A DNA stretch of 64,000 nucleotides from Stegostoma tigrinum (lineage: Eukaryota), in NCBI RefSeq assembly GCF_030684315.1, contig NC_081387.1, positions 6,676,497 to 6,740,496 on the forward strand, read 5' to 3'. Below are positions 24,600-38,719 of this stretch, one piece after another. Numbering within the stretch: the stretch's first letter is position 1; every line of letters starts with the position of its first letter. The translations under genes and the position numbers were made by a program. The notes under the pieces were generated by a model. It saw nothing but the letters and a program-made list of their open reading frames with translations. It was not told the origin of the DNA and did no database searches.

Positions 24600-26550
24600 A
24601 ATATGGTACCATTATTCAAGAGGGGTAGAAGGGATAATGCAGGAAGATACAGACCACTGAGCCTAATATAGAGTCATAGACTGTACAGCATGGAAACAAA
24701 CCCTTTGGTCCAACTCATGCATGCCCACCTGATATCCTAAACAAATCTAGACCCATTTGCCAGCATTTGGCCCATTTCCCTCTCAACCTTACTACTCATA
24801 TACACATCCAGGTGCCTTTTAGATATTGTAATTGTACCTACCTTCACCACTCCCTCTGGCAGCTCATTCCATACAGGTAGCACTCTCTGAGTGAAAAATG
24901 TGTCCCTTAGATCCATTTTAAATCTTTTTCCTCTCACCTCAAATGCATACCCTCTATTTTTGGACTCCCCACCCTGGGGAAAAGGCCTTGCCTATTTGCC
25001 CTATCATTGCCCCTCATGATTTTGTAAACATCCATAAGGTCACTGCTCAGCCTCTGACACGCCAGGGAAAATAGCCTCAGCATATTCAGCCTCTCCCTGT
25101 AACTCAAATCCTAGCAACTTCCTTGTAAATATTTTCTGAACCCTTTCAAGTTTAACAAAATCCTTTCTATAGCAGGGAAATCAGAATAGCATCCAGTATT
25201 CCAAAAGTGGCCTAACCAATGTCCTGTACAGCCATAACATGACCTGTCTGGAACGGATACTGTTGAAACATTTCTGAGCGACAGAGTTAATTTAAGAGCC
25301 AAGAATCAATTAAGGATTGTCAGCATGGCTTTGTAAGGTGGAACTCCTGTCTAACAAATTTCATTGAAGTTTTGAAGAGGTAACTAGGTGTGTAGATGAG
25401 AGTAATGCATTGATAAGTCCACATGGACCTCAGTAAGACTTTTGACAATGTTTTGCATGGCAGACTAATTAATAAACTAAGAGTCTATGAGATCCTGGAC
25501 AACTTGGCAAATTGGAATTGGCTTAGTAGCAAGTTGTGGATAGTAAAAGCTGAAGGGTCTTCTTGTGACTGGAAGCCTGCGTCCAGTGCAAACAATAGGT
25601 TTTAGTTCTTGTCCCTTGCGTTTTCAGCCTACATTAATGATATAAACATAAAGGTAGGAGATATGATCCGTAAATTTGCAGATCACATGAAAATTGGTGG
25701 TGTGGTAGGTAGCTACAGAGCAATATAGACCAGCTAGTCAGATGGGCTGAAGAGTGGCAAATGAGATCTAATTCTGAAATGTGTGAGATGATACATTTTT
25801 GGAGAACAACCAAGGGAAGGAAGTACAGGAACCTGGACTATGAACCATAGGAAATACAAAAGATGGAAGGGGCCTTCATGTGCATGTTGACAGATCTTTG
25901 AAGGCCACAGGACAGGTCAATAAATTGGATAAGAAAGCATACGGGATACTTGCCTTATATTAAACATAAGAGCAGGGATGTTATGATGGAACTGTTAAAG
26001 ATATTGGTCCATAGGTGGAGGACTGCATGCAGTTCTGTTGCCACAATATGAGAAGGATGTAATTGCATAATGGAGGAAGCAGAGGAGATTCACCAGGAAG
26101 TTGCCTGGTCTGGAGTGATCCAACAATGATGAATGACTAGATAGGCTGAGATTGTTCTCCTAAAAACACAGAAGGCTGAGGTGGCACATGATTGTGGTGT
26201 ACAAATTATGAGGGGCATAGATAGGGAGAAACTCTTTCCATTAGTAGAGGGGTCAATAACAATGGGGCGCATATTTAAACTAAGGAGCAGAAGGCTAGAG
26301 GAGATTTAGAGCAATATGTTTTTCAGCCAGAACATTGTGGGTATCTGGAACTCACTGCCTAAAAGGGTGGCAGAGGTGGGAATCCACAAGACTTTGAAGA
26401 AGCCATCAAATGAGCATTTGAAATGCCATGTTATAGAAGGTCATGAACCAAGTGCTGGGAAATGGAATTAGAATGAAACCTGATGATCATTGTGGAAATG
26501 ATGGCCTGATTGGCCATTTCCCGGGCTGTAAAAGTCTCCATATTTCTATG
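24600..26550 (+). mobile_element. Old CR1 LINE (RT to 3' end) with a nested opposite-strand CR1 3' fragment at ~24670-25245
   Basis: cagcatggcttt (QHGF), MDLSKTFDNVLHGRLI, aaatttgcagat (KFAD). The minus-strand insert encodes MRGKRFKMDLRDTFFTQRV. Confidence 0.8.
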
Positions 26551-29093
26551 ATTGTGTGCTATTAGGACACAACATGGACTTTTTGACACAAAAGAGACCC
26601 AACGTGTCAATCCTTTCATGTTATGTATGCTTGTGCAATATTATTGTTGAAGATATTCCCTGTTCCCTTTCCATATCCTTTGTACTTATCCTTATATAAT
26701 GACTACAACTGTAAACAATACTAGACTCATAAATTTATTGAGTTAGATGTATCTTTGTCACAATCCACACATTTGTATTATTGTGTTTGAATTGCTATAT
26801 GTTTATGAACCATATTGTCTAAATTTGAATTTCTGTGAAGTTTTTTGGACAGGAAGGTGTTAAAGAGCCATAATAGTTGAAACATGGATATGTTTGCAGA
26901 GAGTGGGGGTTGCAGTTGTGATGATTCGAGGATGAAAATAAGTAACCAGTAAACTGCAGTAAGTAAGTTATTGAGGATAGTTCAAGCCAAGGTATAAGAG
27001 CCCTAAAGATGGCTCAAAGATGCAAAAAGGCAGCTTGGAGGAATGGAAAAAGGTATTAAGAGTATTGAGGATTAAAATAACTAGCAAACAAAACAGCCAT
27101 AATGGTAGCAATTGAGCTGAGAGTTGTCATGGCTGAGAAGAGGCAGAAGTATGGGCTCTCTCACTGGAGAGTGAGAAGGAGAATGGATATAATGTGCAGC
27201 TTAATGCAGAAGTGAAAGAAATTAGCTTGTGCCTTCTTTCTCCCTGTGTCCCAGTGAAGTCAGAAGTAGTTACACAGAAGTGACGAAAGCGGCCTGTGAC
27301 AGGTTTATGTGTAGAAATTGTTGCCTCTATAGCAGTCAATTAATCTGATTGCACAACTTTCAGAGCTGGGCCTCCAGAGGTGACAAAAATTACAGAATGG
27401 TGATAAATTACACAAGAATACCATGACGAGCTCACCTGTACAAGAAATAAGTAAATTTTACAGAGTGTTTCATTCATTGTGAGTTTATAAAAATGGCAAA
27501 TTCGAGACAGACACAATTTAATTTGTAACTTTAGATGTCTAACCATAAAATTTGAGAGGTACATATGGCAAAATCATTTTGCAAAATCATCCCAATGTTT
27601 CACTCAATTTCCATGCTTCAGTGATATTCCTGCTTTCGCGCCTTTGCTTTGAGTCAGTTTTAGGCTACTCCCACTGCGCTATTCTCTCCCCACAGTCCTC
27701 TAATAATCCCAAATACATCCCATTTGATTCAAAAGAACTTACTGCCATACTGTCTTGCCACATCCCTGTCTGTCCCAATCTAATCCCAGTCTAATTTGTC
27801 TGCCTTGTTTCATCCTTTTAGCCCCGTATCCAAACCAATTTAATCATTGCTCCACTCTCACCATTGCATGCAGCATCTTCCTTCAATCTACTCACTCACT
27901 CACTCAGGCAACCTCAAAACATTTCTTGTCTGACAACTCCTGATCATAGACCCCCTTGACTGTTCATTGTTACTGAACATACAAGCCACGTGGCTACCTG
28001 CCTGCCCTAAAAAGTGAGACAAAGCAATGCAGAGAAGAAGTGCTGTGTAATTCAAGTAAGCACAACGTGAGGGTGTGTTAAGAAAATTAGCTCAGAGACC
28101 TGAGATGTCTCCTGCTCCTGGCAGCAACACTGCAATGTCACGATGTCAGTCATTCCAGAGTGCTGGACTGTTTCGTAAATGAGTCCCATATGTGCTATGA
28201 TGAGGTGATGAAGCTGTTGCTTTGCAAATGCTATTGATGGTGGGTGCAGGTGGTCTTGGGGCATGGAGTGTGCCCCGGGTTGTTGCTGGCCAAGACAGAG
28301 GCTTGGAGAAGATGCCAGAGAGGTGCAGCCACCAAGTGCCTATTCCGAATTTCACATTGAGAATTATCACCACCTGGTTTCTCCACATGAACTGGAAAGA
28401 AGCAATTTTAAACAAGGCAAGGTTAAATAATAATGACATGTTAATTTATGAGAATAGGCCTCTCACCGTTCACCAGCAACAGTTTCATTGAGACATTAAA
28501 GCCTTCCGTGGAAAATGGGATTTCGCATTTCTGAACATTGTGAATCTTGTTTTTTTCCACTTTTACTATTCTTTCTTAATTGACTCACATATGCTCACCT
28601 CATTCAGGGGCAGGGAAGATTCTGTTACCATTCAACGTAACCCTCCTTTTTTAAAATTAATCCTGTTGTTTTCCCTATGCCTGCAATTGCTTACAAGATA
28701 TTTCATGCAGCAACTTCCAGGTGTAATAAAAGATCATTTATCAGAAACGTTCGTCTGAATCTTAGGTTTCTCACTAACTGAGCATCAATTTAATTGAATT
28801 TCACAGAGGAATTCTCTCCACAAGGCCGATTGAGTTTCCTCATTCAATCATCAAAACCAAATTCATTAGCTATCAAGCCCGCCCCTTTGGTGCATGTCTC
28901 ATCCAACACTAGACCGCTTTTGCCACGCTGCTCCTAATTTGCAGCTTGTATCACTAAAGCAGATGATCTCGTGTCTTTTCACATGCTTGTTTGTGGTAGT
29001 TTGCTGTGCATAAATGGTTTCCCAATTTCTTTCATTGAAAGAATGTTTAGCAGACTAGAGTGTATACTTCTACTGCAAAGGGCAAACTCCACG

Positions 29094-29143
29094 CCATGGT
29101 AACTAATGACCGAACAATCTTTTCAGCCTCACTGGATTTGGTT
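29094..29143 (+). promoter_or_regulatory. Candidate X1/X2-Y (SXY-like) MHC promoter module
   Basis: CCATGGTAACTAATGAC (RFX X1-like plus X2-like) at 29094-29110, then CTGGATTTGGTT (imperfect Y box) at 29132-29143, ~170 bp upstream of the leader ATG. CCAAT at ~29166. Confidence 0.5.
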
Positions 29144-29264
29144 ATCAGATTTGCCGTGCATGAGCACCAATAGATAGCTTTAGTGCAGCGTGGTGTTTAA
29201 TTGCACACAAGATTTTGTTACTTACAGAAGCTGCTCTGCTGGTTAAACAGTTCGCCTTTACAAC

Positions 29265-29316
29265 ATGCTGCTTCTTACTTTGCTGCACGTTTATTGTATG
29301 TTCATAGTGTCCTCAG
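29265..29316 (+). CDS. Non-classical MHC class I gene, leader exon
   Basis: caacATG; MLLLTLLHVYCMFIVSS + G|gtaagc. Hydrophobic signal peptide. Phase 1 gives Asp (G+AT) at the start of alpha1. Confidence 0.8.
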
Positions 29317-30811
29317 GTAAGCAATTCAAACAGCTGACATATGTCGATAGAATTGAAAGGTACCCGGAGATTTCAGTGTCACAGATTCAGGCTTTGAGTG
29401 TTTGATTGTCTTGGGTGTGTCAGTAATCTAGGGTAAGGATTCTCTTTGTACCAGGAGAGAGAATTGCACCTTGAAGTCATGGTAAAGATTTGTTTTCCAA
29501 GCTCGTGATCCATACAGTTATTTATGGAGATACATCTATTGTCAAAATGCACACGCAAATAATGATCATTGAGTAATGAAGTCTTACAGCTGTAACTTAG
29601 AACTAGAATGAAAAGTACGTAGGGTGAGGGGAGGGGAAAGTGATTGGGAATGCTAATAGAATTTAAAGAGGAGAATGACATTGGGAAGTAAATGGAGAGA
29701 AAGTATTAAATGGTAGGGCCCGGGAAAGAAATTTTGCACCACAATTAAGTGGTTATTTAAGTATTTTTTTCATGTAAAGGGCAAGATCAGCATCTGAATC
29801 TGAACTGAGAAAGAGAAGTGAAACCTACCCACAATGTGGTGTTGAAGTGGGCATTGCAGGAAGGTGTGGGGGGTGGAATTAGAGGTGTGGGACATTTAGG
29901 CCGAAGGGAGGGGGAAAGGGGTGCATTGCATTTCAGTAGCAAGTAAAGTGCAGCAAATTCTTTTTATGCGTGAATTTTATTGTTTTGGCTTTAACTACAC
30001 TGAGAACTGTGGATGTTCAGTCATTTAGTATGTTGAAGGCAAAACTCAACAGATTTCTAGTTATACATGTCATCAAAGGATAGTCCTGGGTAATGGTGTC
30101 TAAGTAGGTGATCAGCCATAATCTGAATGGTGGAGTAGCATTGGCGAGCTGGTTGGTCTACTCCTGCACCCAAGCCTCTCCCTCTGTTTTCCACTCCACA
30201 TTTTGTTTTCTACCAATTTGCTGTTTGTGGTGGTGAGGCTAGAAATCTGCCACAGATGTTAGTGATTGTGTAACAATGCATACATATAATGCATAAATGG
30301 AACTTCATCTGATTTACAGGAGGTGATGAATGGAGGCCCACAATGCTCTGTGCTGGAGCTTTGACCTTTCACTTTTGACTTAGATGAAGGGAATGAAATT
30401 GTGGTGGCTAAACTTGCAAGTGACACAAAGCTAGGAAAGTATGATGTGAAGAAAGTATAAGGAGTGGACTCTTCCCAGCCCCTGAACAATGTGGCCCATG
30501 GTGGGGAGGCAAGGAAAATTGCATGAGATGGCTAGCAAGGAGCTTCTCAATGGCAAGAACAACTAGTCCCACTTTCAATCCAAGTGTTGAAGATTGAATG
30601 GTGAGAGGCCTACCCACTACTATCGTATTATTAGTTTATTTCACTTCATTATTATGCAGTTTCACACTCTCCCTTTTGATGGATAGAAACTCAATAATGA
30701 CAATGATTTATAACTGATTTGATTTATTGTAGTCACATGTACTGAAGCACAGTGCAAAGTTTTGTTTTGTTAGCAGCTCAGGCAGATCATAGCAAACAAG
30801 GACATACAGAT

Positions 30812-31011
30812 AGCAAGGTGTAGAGCTGGATGAACGCAGCAGGCCAAGCAGCATCAGAGGAGCAGGAAGGCTGACGTACCGGGCCTAGACACTTCTTCAG
30901 AAGCCAAAACATCAGCCTTCCTGCTCCTCTGATGCTGATTGGCCTGCTGTGTTCACCCAGCTCTACACGTTGCTATCTCAGATTCTCCAGCATCTGCAGT
31001 TCCTACTTTCT
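30812..31011. mobile_element. Palindromic Penelope-end mini-insertion with 15-bp TSD
   Basis: Inverted arms at ~30809-30875 and ~30908-30976. TSD caaggaca(t/c)acagat at 30797-30811 and 31012-31026. Confidence 0.8.
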
Positions 31012-33078
31012 CAAGGACACACAGATCATGGGTTTTTAGTAAGAGTGAAACATACAGATTCCAACTTCACAGGAGGTGCACAATTCCCAACACAAAGGAC
31101 AGAAGAGATATCTAGCAGCTCCAGCTTGCTGCCAGCTCCTATAAATGTTTGCCTTGGACTCACTTAATAGGCATCAAATGCACAGGCCCCCATCTGCTGA
31201 GTTTGATATCAAACTAGTATGATCCTCACTGGACCCTGATGGTTCATTTCTGCACTTTCTGCACTTTAATGTTGCATTTAGAATGCACCAACACCTTTCT
31301 TTGGAAGGCTACTGCAAGGACACATTTTGTGTAGGGATAGCGCCCATCACATGGACTGGATCTGGCCACATCTGAGGGCCTGCTCACTTGTTCTGTTAGC
31401 AGTCATTCACTTTGTGTCTGCTTTGATGTTGTTGCCTTGCATTTCTGCACTTCACCCTTCAGCTGCACTTTTGAATGGCCCAATTCTACTCCTATGTCTT
31501 ATGGCCTTATGGGGTGCACATGTTACTGCATGGCACTATGCTATGTCAATTTCACAGCTATAGCATGGATCAGCAGACTGCACAGCAAACACACTATGAG
31601 TGCTTTAGCCAAATAGTTATGTCTGCAAGTTTAAGGGGAGTGGTCCTTAGATACTCTTATGTGGTTCAGGAGAAGCTGTCTATTCACAGTTCAAGTACTT
31701 GGGCATGGTCAGTCATCCACTTGGAGTAGTCAGGGTCAGGGGCTCTGAATTGCTACAGTTTGGAAAGTGGCCCATTATCAGTCCAACAGATTCATGTCTG
31801 TGGATTCACTGTAAAACATTTGGGGAACATCATGGAGATCATTCAGAGCCTGGTCAGTAATCATTGGGGGCTGTTCCTTCATATCAGTAAGGGGAATAGG
31901 CCATAGTCAGTCTTTGTGTTCAGTATAATGAAAATGATGTGGCAGGGGGAAGCTATCAGGGGACCCGACTTTGGAGGGAAATGGGAAAAGTTAATTCTGA
32001 GGATTGGAACCAAGGGGACAAGGAGGATGAAGGGAAGAAATGGGACACATGAGGAGGGGAGAACTATCTTGCAGAGGAGGTCATGGAATATTGTGGGAGA
32101 CGTATTATCCAACAGTTGCTACCAATATGGCCTTGCTGAGAGGACTGTGGAGTGTGATGGGGGCTGGCCTAAACTGTAGGGACTTGGTTTAAGCAGTAAG
32201 GATGACAGTAGCAGACATATTTCCAGGCAGTAGATGGAAACAAAGGGAGAGTGAGGGTTCAAGGGGCTGTCTAGGAAGTGCCAGGAAGAAAGCAATAGAG
32301 TTGGGGGAGTGGGCACGGGGTAGGCCTCTCTTTATTCCAATATTGACCCTGCAACTCACTGTGCCTAGCTGTTCCGCATTCACTTAATTCCTAATGTGAA
32401 TGGCAAATGGAAAATGGCTGCAACCATAGCCAGAGTGGGTGGAATCAGTGTTTTGGTTCTGTTCTAACACACAATGGTCCATTTCTGAGCAATGGGTGGC
32501 CTTTCAAGGGTAATTGTGTTAATCATGCACTTGCAGAGTACAGGTATAACTGTATTCACAGCATCAAACATGTGAAATGCAAGCAAAGTCCAATTGCGGG
32601 GTTCAAATCCCAGTCACAAGCAATCCTGGTCATGTCATTTCTGACTGAATATAGCCATCTTTATGAAACAGAAGTAAGCAAGGGGAAATTAAAGGTGGTA
32701 CCTACAGATGACAAGCTTGAAGCTAATGTATGATTTAATAGGCTACACAACGGCAGCAGCTAGCACCCTCTCACCCTGAATTGTAAGTACACTCCAGTAT
32801 GATCATACATGCAATTTGCCCTTTCCCAGATGATGTAGGGTTGGGAGCACAATGTATCAGTACTCATATAGAATTTATAATCTCCTACTATCTCTTTGCT
32901 TCATTCATCTGAATAAGGTTCCATGTCAAAGTTTAATATACAGGTATTCTATGATTTTCCTTGTTGTAGTCCTCCATGCCTCCCTCTATGAAGCTAAAGC
33001 ATCATTTAATAGTGACTCACGTCACTTAAGGACCTGTTCTGTTTCAGATATTGTCCCGTTTTATTAAAACTGTAGCCG

Positions 33079-34170
33079 ATGGATCAGGCTAGAGCAGGTG
33101 TTATTGTCGCTATTGCTGAGGTGTCACTGTGGAGCAGAGAAATGGAGGAGGAACAGATACACCAGCAAGCCCAGGACAAGCAAGAACCTCCAGGGGCTGC
33201 TGAACAGCTTCCAGATGAGCAGTCCCAATACGCAGGAGATAGAGGAGGGCCAGAATTATTTGTCCTTGTTTCTATTTGCTGCAAAATGTAGAAGGTGTAG
33301 TGTTGCCACAAGGATGAAGCAGTCCCTTGAAGCTCTCATAGAACATTTCCAACTAATGGAGCAGGACCTGGAGGAGGGCTGGGCGGTCATCCATCTGGCC
33401 TCCTTTGAAGCTCCATTGAATGTTGATATAGCTGGTTCCTTCCAAGGAGTACTGGTCCCGATTTGGAGCCTTTCATTCCTCAATCCACAAATGGATGAAG
33501 GCCATTCCTGTCCAATTTGTACCAGATAAAACTCTTTCATCTTATTTCTCCATGACTAAATCAATTCCGCAGCCTACACAATGGGCCTTCCTAAAGTGCA
33601 ACACACAATAGGCTGTACATATGTCATGACTGTGTTAATCAATTGAAAAGGCTTCCGATTCATTGAAATACAAATCATCTGTAGTTCAAATAAGCTGGAA
33701 GCAGCTGTGGTGCCTTGAATACTTTCATGTTCCTGCTGCATTTCAATAGCCAGAAGCCTGGCAAGAATGTTTACCCAGAGACAAGGGCAACCTGCTGTGA
33801 CCATGACTCATGTCTCCATTAAACAAACTTCTGACTGATGTGAGGACAAGATATGATACAGCACACTCTTCAAAAAGGGCAATGATGGAGCACACGATAG
33901 GCCTGCTGAAGATGAGGTTCCATTTATAGGATCAGTCTGGGGAAGCCTTGAGGTAGCTCTGTGCAGCATACGTTGCTTAATCCTGCCATGGTGTGGACTG
34001 CAGAGCTGGAGCATGCTAAAAGGAGATGTGTTGGAGGCTGGAGATCTGGAAGGATGGCAATTGTCTTCTAAGACGGAAGATGTGGACTTTGAACAGGAGG
34101 AAAATCACTAACTGCAGTGGTCGAGGAGTATTGGGTGCTACCAGCCAAACAGGATTTAAATGACACCCAG
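33079..34170 (+). mobile_element. Fossil PIF/Harbinger (HARBI1-like) transposase in MHC intron 1
   Basis: GLPKVQHTIGCTYV (cf. GFPxVxGAIDCTHV) at 33581, IN*KGF..IQIIC (cf. NRKGFHSINVQ.VC), and EHTIGLLKMRF..DQSG at ~33890-33930. Many stops and frameshifts. Confidence 0.75.
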
Positions 34171-34494
34171 TTCCAATCGATGTGAGCTGGGTGCAGTGAT
34201 CAATCAATGACTGTAAATTTGTTGAAGCTCAAAAGGCAAGCAATTCCTATCTCTTCCAGGAGTCAAATGCAGCTTCTGCTTGTTTGATTTCTGTTTGTTT
34301 TTGCTATTACTGAAAAAAGTGAAATGTCTGAAGCATTGAAATCTTTTCCTTAATTGTCCCACATTCAACAATATAAAATATTGGGCAACACTGGGGATTG
34401 GGAGATGATATTAGAAAGGGCATTAAGATGGGATGTGGTAAAGACAGAGAAGCTGTAGCTGGTTAAACAGTGGTAGATATACAAATGTACACTT

Positions 34495-34790
34495 CGAGTC
34501 ATAGAGATGTACAGCCCAGAAACAGAACCTTTGGTCCAACTCGTCCATGTCAACCTGATATCCCAAATTAATCTAGTTCCATTTATCTGCAGTTGGTCTA
34601 TATCCCTCTAAACCCTTCCTACTATTATACCAACCTGATGCTTTTTAAATATTCTAATTGTACCCGCCTCGACCACCTCCTCTGGCAGCTCCTTCCATAC
34701 ATGGAGGTTCCTCTGTGTGTAAAAGTTGCTCTTAAGTCCCTTTTAAATCTTTCCTCTTCCACTTGAAACCCTGCATATTAGTTGTGTACT
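34495..34790 (-). mobile_element. CR1 LINE 3' fragment
   Basis: Homologous to 24670-24960 and 2025-2310. Confidence 0.75.
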
Positions 34791-36119
34791 CCATTTGGCC
34801 TGAGCAGTTTATTAGTTGCTATTCTGCAACGTACAAGGTAAAGGGAACTCTAGACTGCCAGCAATTGACCCGTTGGGCTACAAAGATGTCAAATGCCATG
34901 GACCATGAGATGTCCTGGCAGTGGCAAATACATCTGCTTATGGTGAGTGAGAGAATAGAATGAGCTGGTTGCCGCAAGGATGTGGTGTATAGCTAAAGAG
35001 GTGAGTTTGGGACAAAAGCTGTATAGCATGCAAAACAATAATTTCACTGTATACATTTGACAATAGAATATCAAATCAAATAAAAACCTGCTAGGCTTCG
35101 TGGGCATATAGCTAAAATGCCACTGAGCCAATTTCGGGTAATTTCCAGCTCAAGGAGTTTGTAGAAGGATGTAAATTGATTGATTGAGTGGGTAAGAATC
35201 TGGCACAAGAAGTATGTCATTAGAAAATGCGAAATTGTTCACTTTGACGGGAAAAAACAAAATAGGAGGGAATCACTAAGATACAGAGTGACTACAGAAT
35301 TCTGAAGCATGCAGTGACTTTGATGCTCTTATGTATGACTGACAGAAAGTTAACATGCAGGTACAACACGTAATTTAGAAGATTAATGGTCATGATTACA
35401 TGACAAACTAAATATATATGTTGTGCTTCAGGTGTACAGAGCTTTGGTGAGACCACATCTCAAATACTGTGTGTTGTCCATTTAAGGAAGCATGCAAATA
35501 CATTGGAGAGAGTTCAGAGGAGGTTTACTACATTGATACCTTGAATGACCGGCTTGTCTAATGAGGCTAGATTGGACTTGGTGGGCTTGTTTTGACTGGA
35601 TATTTACATATATTGGAGAAAATGTTGTTCTTCCTTGTTCTCTACACCCCATTCCTTTACAAAACTCATTAACTCCTTTCAAGCCACATTTTAGGGTTGA
35701 TTTTCCTCACTTCTTTGAAGTACTCACTGGCCTCCTTGCTTGCCAGCTCTGCATCCAGTCCAGTCTCATGTCCCTACCTATTATTTCTACTGCTCCAACT
35801 CTGGGTTATACTCCGCATCCCTACTAACTCTGTTCTGGTGGATAAACCTCCATTATGTCATGTTCCAGCCCTCCTTCAATACATCTGTCCTGAGTCTTCC
35901 TTCCTCCAGAATACAAAATCATGGGCCATCTTCCATCTGACTGCCCTTTTGTGGTTTCCTTTCTGCACAGCATCTCTGTGTACACAAGAATGGTGTATTA
36001 ATGTGACCTGTTGCATACAATCAAAACATGTCTCCCTTGAGCCTTTTCCATGTTGCAGTTATATTGTGGCAGGACTTTAACTTAACTTCATGTACTCACC
36101 TTGGTTCCATAACACTCAA

Positions 36120-36750
36120 CAGGCACAGCAGGTGGTAAAGAAGGAAAATGTTATGTTGGCCTTCATGGCGAGAAGATACAGGAGCAGTGATGCATTTCTG
36201 CAATTGTAAAGGGTCGGCGAGACCACACCTGGAGAGTATTGTGAGCAGTTTTGATCACTTTATGTGAGGAAGGACGTTCTGGTTATGGAGGGTATGCAAC
36301 AAAGTTTTTCCAGCCTGATTCCTGGTATGGCAGGAGTGACGTTGAAGTGAGACTGGATCGGATAAGACCATATTCCTTGCAGTTTAGATGGTTGAGGGAG
36401 ATCTCTTAGAAAGTTATAAAATTCTAATAGGGTAAGGGTAAATACAGGAATGTTATCCTTGATGATTGGAGAATACAAAACTAGGGATCACAGTCTAAAA
36501 ATATGGAGTAGGCCATTTAGGACTGAGATGGGGAGAAATGTCTTCACCTAAAAAGTGATGAGCCCGTGGAATTTTCCGCTACAGAAAGTGCTTGAGACCA
36601 AGATAATGGATGTTTCTAAGAAGGAGTTAGATGTATTTCTTAGGGCGAAAAGGAGAAAGCAAGAACAGAGTACTGGAGTTGATGATCAGCCATAATCATA
36701 TTGAATAGCAACACAGACTCAACGGGCCGAATGACCTACTCCTGGTCCTT
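36120..36750 (+). mobile_element. CR1 LINE 3' fragment
   Basis: gagaccacacctggag, ttgagggagatct, tttaggactgagatg...gaaatgtcttcacc, and tail gggccgaatgacctactcctg. Confidence 0.75.
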
Positions 36751-38146
36751 TTTATACAAACTTTTTGTGTAACAGAATGCCCTCAATCTGTTCTCAAACA
36801 AGTAACCGACCCTCCAGCTTCAATTGTTTTTTGCAGAGAATGTGTTGCAGCATTCTAGTCTCCTTAGCGTGAGAAAATGCTTTCTAAAATCATTAGTGCC
36901 TTATTCAGGCTTCACCCTCTTGAGAAATTTCTTTAAATTTGTTAACAGGATGTCAACTTCACTGGAAAATAAACAGCATTTATTACCCACTGCTATAATT
37001 TTCTCTCTATCATTTGTACCAAATTCTTAATCACCTAATTTACAGATCCTGTCACACTTCACTCCTGAAGGGAGCATTACTCTAATCTGTACAACCTTGT
37101 CTCATCTCATATTTTAATGCTCGGGAATCAAATCACTTCAACACAGGAATGAGGTTTCTCACAAGACACCTGTGATCAGACAGCAAACATATATCACTGG
37201 CTCTGGGGCCTTTCTTGAGAGGATGTGACAGGTTCCATTTAAATGTGAATTATTTCTGAACCTCCTCCTGTTACACTAGCAGGGTGACTCTGAAATTTGG
37301 TATAGATTCTAATCTTGTCCTCTATTTCCTTCTTGAGCTCACAGAAACACAATGAACTTTAACACCGTCTAATCTGTTGGTTAGGCCCGAGAATTTTTTT
37401 TGTTTCTGAGCAATTATTGTCGTTTATTACAGTTTCTGAATGAGTCAAGGCCAGAGTGAACTTGTGTTTCTGCTTATGGAGAGAATTAGCTGCTGAACTG
37501 ACAATACTTCAAGCTGTTTCAGAGATAATTATCACAATATGTATTTTTAATAAATGGGCATATATTGGACAATGTCACACTGCAATTTGAGTTTGGAATT
37601 TTGCGTGCTACTAATTAACTTGCATTTCTGTAGCCACGTTGTGAGCTATGTAGGCAGACTAAATGCTTTCTATTTACTTTAGGAACTTACAACCTATTAA
37701 GATCGGCAATTGTACCTCAAAGCTCATGAAATACATAAAGGTCAGGTTTTTTTTAAGGGGATCAGAGACTTAACTTAGAGGGAGACTTATGGTCTCAGTT
37801 CTATTTGGAATCGGGTGGTTATTTGATGGAGATGGTTGCAAACAGCAGTGCTCCTTCAAAAGGGGGAGTATAATGAAGCCAGGTTATCATACAGTAACGA
37901 GTTAGTGATAATCCCAAACAAATATGCCGGGATAAAACACTCAAGAGGCTTCTTGAAGCTGAATATGTTTAAGGTCAGGTGTATGTTAGCTATGAGCTCC
38001 AGAAAGAAGCTATCAATGTCTCTAGTTGAGGAATTAAGTCAGTTACCTTAAATCTATGTAAGTATTAGTGAAACAGATTCTGGTTTGTGTACTGTACAAG
38101 AGTTGCTGTTCAGCACTTCAAATGGTGTTGTTTGTTTTGTGAAACT

Positions 38147-38501
38147 TAGAATCCCTACAATGTGGAAACAGGCTATTCAGCCCAAGATGTCCACACTGAT
38201 TTGCTGAAGAGCGTCCCACTCAGAATCACCCCACATCCTATCCCTGTAACCCTGCATTCCCCATGGCCAATCCACCTAACTTACACATCCCTGAACACTA
38301 TATGGGCAATTTAGCATGGCCAATCCACCTAACCTGCACATCCTTGCACTGTGGGAGGAAACCAGAGCACCTGGAGGAAACTCACGCAGATGCAGGAAGA
38401 ACGTACAAACTCCACACAAATGGTCGCCTGAGAATGGAATCAAACCCGAGTCTTTGGCATTGTGAGACAGCAGTGCTAACCACTGAGCTACCGCGAAAGC
38501 C
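38147..38501 (-). mobile_element. HE1-type SINE
   Basis: Reverse complement of the 18172-18487 family. Confidence 0.85.
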
Positions 38502-38719
38502 ACCCTGAAAGAAGCATTAATGGGGTTATAGTTTTACAGTGTGTTAAAAACTCTGAATTTGTTTTATAAATAAATAGATTTATTGGTTTATTCTATTTTT
38601 CCACTGTTTAATTTTGCATAATAAACTTCTGTTGTTTTGCTATATCAAAGTATGCAACATTTCATATTTCTGTATTTGTGAGATACCACCTCAATTACCT
38701 AGAATGAAAAAAAATCTAT

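Noticed and set aside
33079-33529. ORFs as a host HARBI1 gene
   Set aside because: The catalytic motifs are disrupted (IDCTH to IGCTY, NRKG to N*KG) with multiple frameshifts, so this is a transposon fossil.
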